This document shows positions 58,994 to 64,000 of a DNA stretch of 64,000 bases, in pieces. The notes under the pieces were generated by a model. That model did no database searches and was not told the DNA's origin. It was given only the letters and a program-made list of their open reading frames with translations. Source of the stretch: Chrysomallon squamiferum (taxonomy: Eukaryota; Animalia; Mollusca). Every line of letters begins with the position of its first letter. Within the stretch, counting starts at the first letter, position 1. The position numbers and the translations under genes were made by a program. The stretch is from positions 23,250,001 through 23,314,000 of the forward strand of contig CM022665.1 in assembly GCA_012295275.1 (NCBI GenBank). Direction: 5' to 3'.

Positions 58994-61029
58994 CTCTAGG
59001 GCTATCAAACCTGGGTTTTCGTCAGAACCAAAGAATCCCTGTAGCAACTGTAGGTAAAGGATATTTTTATTAATGACAGGTCACCTTACACGCTTTATCG
59101 AACTGTCACCAGTGGAAAACAAAGAAATATTTACTTTTGATACACTAAATGTTGTAACAAAGATAACTATAAAGTATAATGTAAGTTTAGAGGTTGAAAG
59201 AAAAAACCGGATGGTCCTAAATAAAGGACTGTTATCCATTTAAATTAAATATATGGTTCATTTAAATGAATCACACACATATATGCAATGCATACCCTCT
59301 CATATACACACACGTGTGTGACACTGCGAAAGACGTTCGTGTTCAAACAGCACGAAACCCTTCAAATAGCCATTTAAAATAAAATGTTATTCTACTGAAA
59401 AGAGAACAAAAAAAATGGTTTTATTAAAACGTATATTTCTTGTATGTATATATGTATTTTTTTTAAATGATATTTTCGTGCATGAACTAGTTCCCTGTTT
59501 ATAAGATTTTATTGCAATCATGGTGTGTGTAATTCTAAACCTCTTTTGAAGATGCGATCTTTCTTTTTAAAATTAGCTATAATCTTTATAAGAAATACCG
59601 CATAATAAAGAACCGGATGTCATTTATTTGACAACTTGTTATATTTTCACTAGGTCAGACTCCAATATTGCACAATATTGTGAATAAATCATCTTTCTTA
59701 CAAACTGTAACATTTTTTCTTCTTCTAAAATGTAAGTGTTTACACTAAAAGATCCTATGTCAACTAGTTTCTGATTAATATTGTTTAATAAATAAATAAA
59801 TAAATAAACAAACAAACAGACAGACAATTAAAGAAAGCCTAGAAACACGGCCACCTCATGTCTCTGAATATTTTAGAGAATATTTAATAATTTATACAAT
59901 ATCTTAAATATATTGAAAGAAAAAGTTTACTTAAGAAAAGTTTAACACAGGAATCTGTATCATATTTATTTTAAAATAGAAATCGTTAATTATATAAAAA
60001 TGTTACTTAAAACAAAAACACGAACATATTCACCGACATAAGTAAACAGTCAAACAAAAATTAAAAACCATAAAACAGAAAATAAAAACCAAATCTGCAT
60101 TAGTATATACAAAGTAAGTACAAAGTCGGTTGAAAAAATTAAAAATTATAAAATAAAATCTAACGAGATTAACAATAAACAGAGACGGCTGTGGCTTGGT
60201 GACTGGGTTATGACCTGAATGTGATGGGTAGCAGGATCAATTCTTCATTGTGCGCCTGCTGAAGACTTATCCGTTTATGTCTGTTTCCCTCTGCTATATA
60301 GTAAACGCGTCGTTGTAATGTATTTAAATAAGGATATACAACATAAGTAAATGAATGAAGTTGTAGTTGTCGTTTTGTTACAAAACTGCTTTGCACCCGA
60401 TGGACTATTTGCTATGTCAAATATCCATGAGACTAGTTTATAAAAAGCTGTATTATGTGTTTTACCGTTTATAGGAATCTACATATTAAGATTGCCTTGT
60501 TCAGTTATTTCAATGGAGTAATATATTGCTGCCGTGTTCCTCATTTATTATCTACGTGGTCCTGAATGTTATGTGTAAATAATGTAGATTATGATTATCT
60601 CGGGTGCGTAGTTTCTACATAAAAACATTATATATAATACAAGACACAAGATAAGGGAAACCCTGAACATTAAAGTTTAATAAATAATACTATTATGCAA
60701 ATATTAAATAAAATAAATAAATAAATAAATGAATAAATCAATAAATAAATAAATAAACAAATAAACAAGTAAATATGTCAGTGAAAAATACAATTGACAT
60801 CGTTTTTTAACCATATGAGAAACGATTTAGAAAACATTGATATATTTATTAGGTCTAATTGTTTATAGTTTATTTTAAAAGTGAAACAACATAGAAAAAT
60901 ATGTGACAGATAGAATAAACCTTCATAATTACTTTTGCTCTTACTCCTTATTAAATGAAATTTGCTCGTGCTTTAAAATGGTGGTTATTCCTATTCTCCC
61001 AAAAAGTAATTCGCTGCACGACTAGTATA

Positions 61030-61117
<88 letters not shown>

Positions 61118-61933
61118 CAAACAGTTGATATGCATATATAATAGTCATTTACACTCATTCACTGCACATGCGAACATTATGACAAATACTTATAATACTT
61201 TTAGAAATTTTCAAGGAAAGGTTCGTTGACTTGAGAGGTAATGTTCAACAAAGGCTCTTATGTTCAGTACCATGAACTTTGATAAAACAGCTGTGAGAGC
61301 TCTCTCTCTCTCTCTAATTTCTTCGTTTGATTAGATGTCAGTTTTTTATATATATAACAGATACAACAGTTTAGAGTAAAGTAATAAATAATTAAATAGA
61401 TAATTCACTTAAGAAATGAATGAACTCATTAAGGTTATTAATATTTGGTAATTTTAATGCATAGTATATACAGTTATTTCGTAATTCACTATGCATAAAA
61501 TTTTCTTCAAAACAAAAAAAGTTTTTCTCTTAAAAATAGAATAATTATAATAACAAACAAAAAAAAGAAAAAAAAAAAGAAAAGAAATAAAACATTAAAA
61601 GAGAAAACATAATGAAAGAATAGAACAAGGAGCATAACATATAATACAAATATTTATTGCTAGACTCCTGTCTGGTTTTCCAGTTATTCAGTTTTGTTTA
61701 CTTATATACGCGATAAAAATGATCTTCATATTACATGTCATAAGCTGTCAAATTTTCCAGAAAGGTGTGAACAAAGGTGAACAGATTATGAAGAGAACCA
61801 ATAAGAGAAGAGAACGCAACAACGTCAAAGGATGTACAAGCAACCTCTTTTCATGGAATGAGTCATTGTTAAGAGTAAGTTCATTAGTATTTACATATTT
61901 GTTACCGCTATATGAATTATAATAATTGTTGTT

Positions 61934-62128
61934 TGACGTAAGTCACACCTTTACACAGGCAGCCAATGAGAAACCGATTAGATGTCGGGTACCCTTGAAA
62001 CACCCTTTTAAATCGAATTTGTAAATTTGAATATGCGAAAGACGAAAATGTATAAAAACCAAGCTCAGGTCTATGTTATACAGAATTCACAGTTTTTACA
62101 GAAAACATTTGTACATTGAACTGTAAGT
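61934..62128 (+). promoter_or_regulatory. Putative core promoter and 5'UTR exon of a fifth copy whose coding exons lie beyond the window
   Basis: CCAAT 61963, TATAAAA 62051, GTAAGT 62123. The window end (tagctcacagtaaatctcta) matches about 10897-10916, roughly 380 bp before the ATG of copy 1. Confidence 0.5.
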
Positions 62129-62657
62129 ACTTCGACCTTTTTTACGTTTTTATTTATTACTATGCTATGTTATTTATTTAGGTTTTCTCCCGAAAGTAAA
62201 ATTTCAGTGTCTAATACTATTTACTGCATTTTAAAATGAAATTTTGCTTAACACATTAATTTAATTTGTTTAATACTCGAACGTACGCACATACACCTAC
62301 ACACAAAAACACTCCCGTAAATGCATGCATATATATATTAAATATATACATATCTGCGACTATCTACATACATTTTATATTGACATACTTATGTATATAT
62401 ATATTCATACATACATACAGACACACACACACACACGCACACACACACACTCTTACATACATATGTGCATATACCTACATACCTATGTGCAGAGTCTAAT
62501 CAGAGATACATAAAACAGAGAACATTCAAAATCCTTAACTACAAACTTACCAGTGCCCAGAACAAATAGATGGACGCAAAGATGACGAAAGACAAAGAAC
62601 GGCCTTCTTCGTGGAAAGCGATGATTACAATCCGTTATTCAGCAACCTTTCTTTTAA

Positions 62658-62800
62658 TGTTCTCTCGATGGCCGAACGGTAACGTCGTCCGCCTTCGGAG
62701 TGCGGGCGAATGGGTGCCATACGTTCCAGTATCGTCATTGGACTTCGTCCTCCTGCGCCAATGCAAAAGACATAGAATTTTCGAAATCCTACGTACATAT
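62658..62800 (+). mobile_element. tRNA-derived SINE-like element, internally deleted
   Basis: Same head as the 9831 and 27213 copies; lacks about 35 bp after the B-box region. Confidence 0.5.
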
Positions 62801-62809
62801 CCTACGTAA

Positions 62810-62841
<32 letters not shown>

Positions 62842-64000
62842 GAACACGTTCATACATACATACGTACACACATACTGTTGTGAGTATTTTACAGTCAGTT
62901 CAAGTTTATATAATATCATGCTTAAATCACAAACAAACAACAAAAAACGAGAGAGCCAGAGAAGAAAGAACAAAAAGAAATAAGAGATGAGTATTGCTTT
63001 CGTTGATAATCTCCGGCTAGAGGGAGTTGTCGGTGTCTTAAATCATTCTAAAATCTATTTGTCAAGTGAAACTGAAATATCAACATTCAATCGTTATTTA
63101 GACAAGAAACAATCTATATTATATAATAGCAAAATACTTTTCACCGTCTATCGCTTAGACAAATAATACGTTAGAGAAACATTTTATAATACCATTGAAA
63201 AATACGTCTTTTAGTCAGTGCCTTACACAAGGAATATTTTAAATGCCCGTTGAATTTGTATATGTTCGGTTTACTTGCTATATTAATATAGTTATTAAAC
63301 CGTTAATGCAAAAAAAAAAAAAAAAAAAAAAATCATAAAAAAATAAACCCCCCCAAAACAAGGCTTTTATTGTGCAGTATTTCTGTAACCGTAAAACTAA
63401 ATATTTTGTTAAGTCAACCAGTCTTAAAAAAGACGAAAAAAAGATTTTTGAACACAAAAAACCCCACACTATAACAAAAGTACTTCTCGGAATTGTACAT
63501 CGTAATAGATATTCTGGTTTCTAAAGCAAGAAAAGCATTCAAAGACAATGATGAATCACTGGCGATGGAAGAAATTTATAGCAGTTAAAATCATCAGGTT
63601 CTGATGTAAACTGTTTTCCCAAATGCACTAGACTGAAAACAGGTCGAAGTGTATATGTAGTTTCTTCTATGTAATGAATTAATATATCGACTGATAAAAA
63701 TACTCTTTTTTATTAGAAGTTGGCATTTGTGTTTTTATTAGTGTAAATTACGGGCAGACCAACCTCGTCATCGCCTGTAAACAAAGAGTGACTTTATTTC
63801 AGTATTGCATAGTAACACCTGGTTTCTGTAATTTATAACGGATATGACAGTGAATGAAATATTTATACGGAATTTGTTAATTTTCATTTTTTTATTAATG
63901 CGAAATCATTTAGAGAAGCCTGTGTGCAATATTTGCTATTCTATTGTGTTACTCTATTTTGCGTTTTTTATTTTATTTATTAGCTCACAGTAAATCTCTA

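Overview
AT-rich, microsatellite-dense animal genomic DNA; the gene family suggests a mollusc (inference). Almost the whole window is a head-to-tail tandem array of one + strand gene with 10 coding exons. Splicing by hand gives a 445-446 aa protein: signal peptide, two EGF-like modules, ZP module, furin site KRRRRS, transmembrane helix and a short Tyr-containing tail. This matches the molluscan EGF-ZP (ELDP/gigasin-2-like) architecture. Three copies are complete (11295-16366, 29213-34213, 49509-54568), one is 5'-truncated after a 200-N gap (17707-19527), and the upstream region of a fifth copy ends the window. Ectodomain differences between paralogs are overwhelmingly amino-acid-changing (about 60 replacements vs about 6 silent codons, copy 1 vs copy 3, hand count), while the signal peptide, post-furin region and some intron stretches are nearly identical, suggesting diversifying selection plus gene conversion. 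The spacers hold one tRNA-Arg(TCT), hAT-type MITEs with 8-bp TSDs, tRNA-derived SINE-like elements, a decayed MULE transposase fragment and a degenerate (CCCTAA)n tract. Most ORF-track entries are microsatellite artefacts or pieces of exons.
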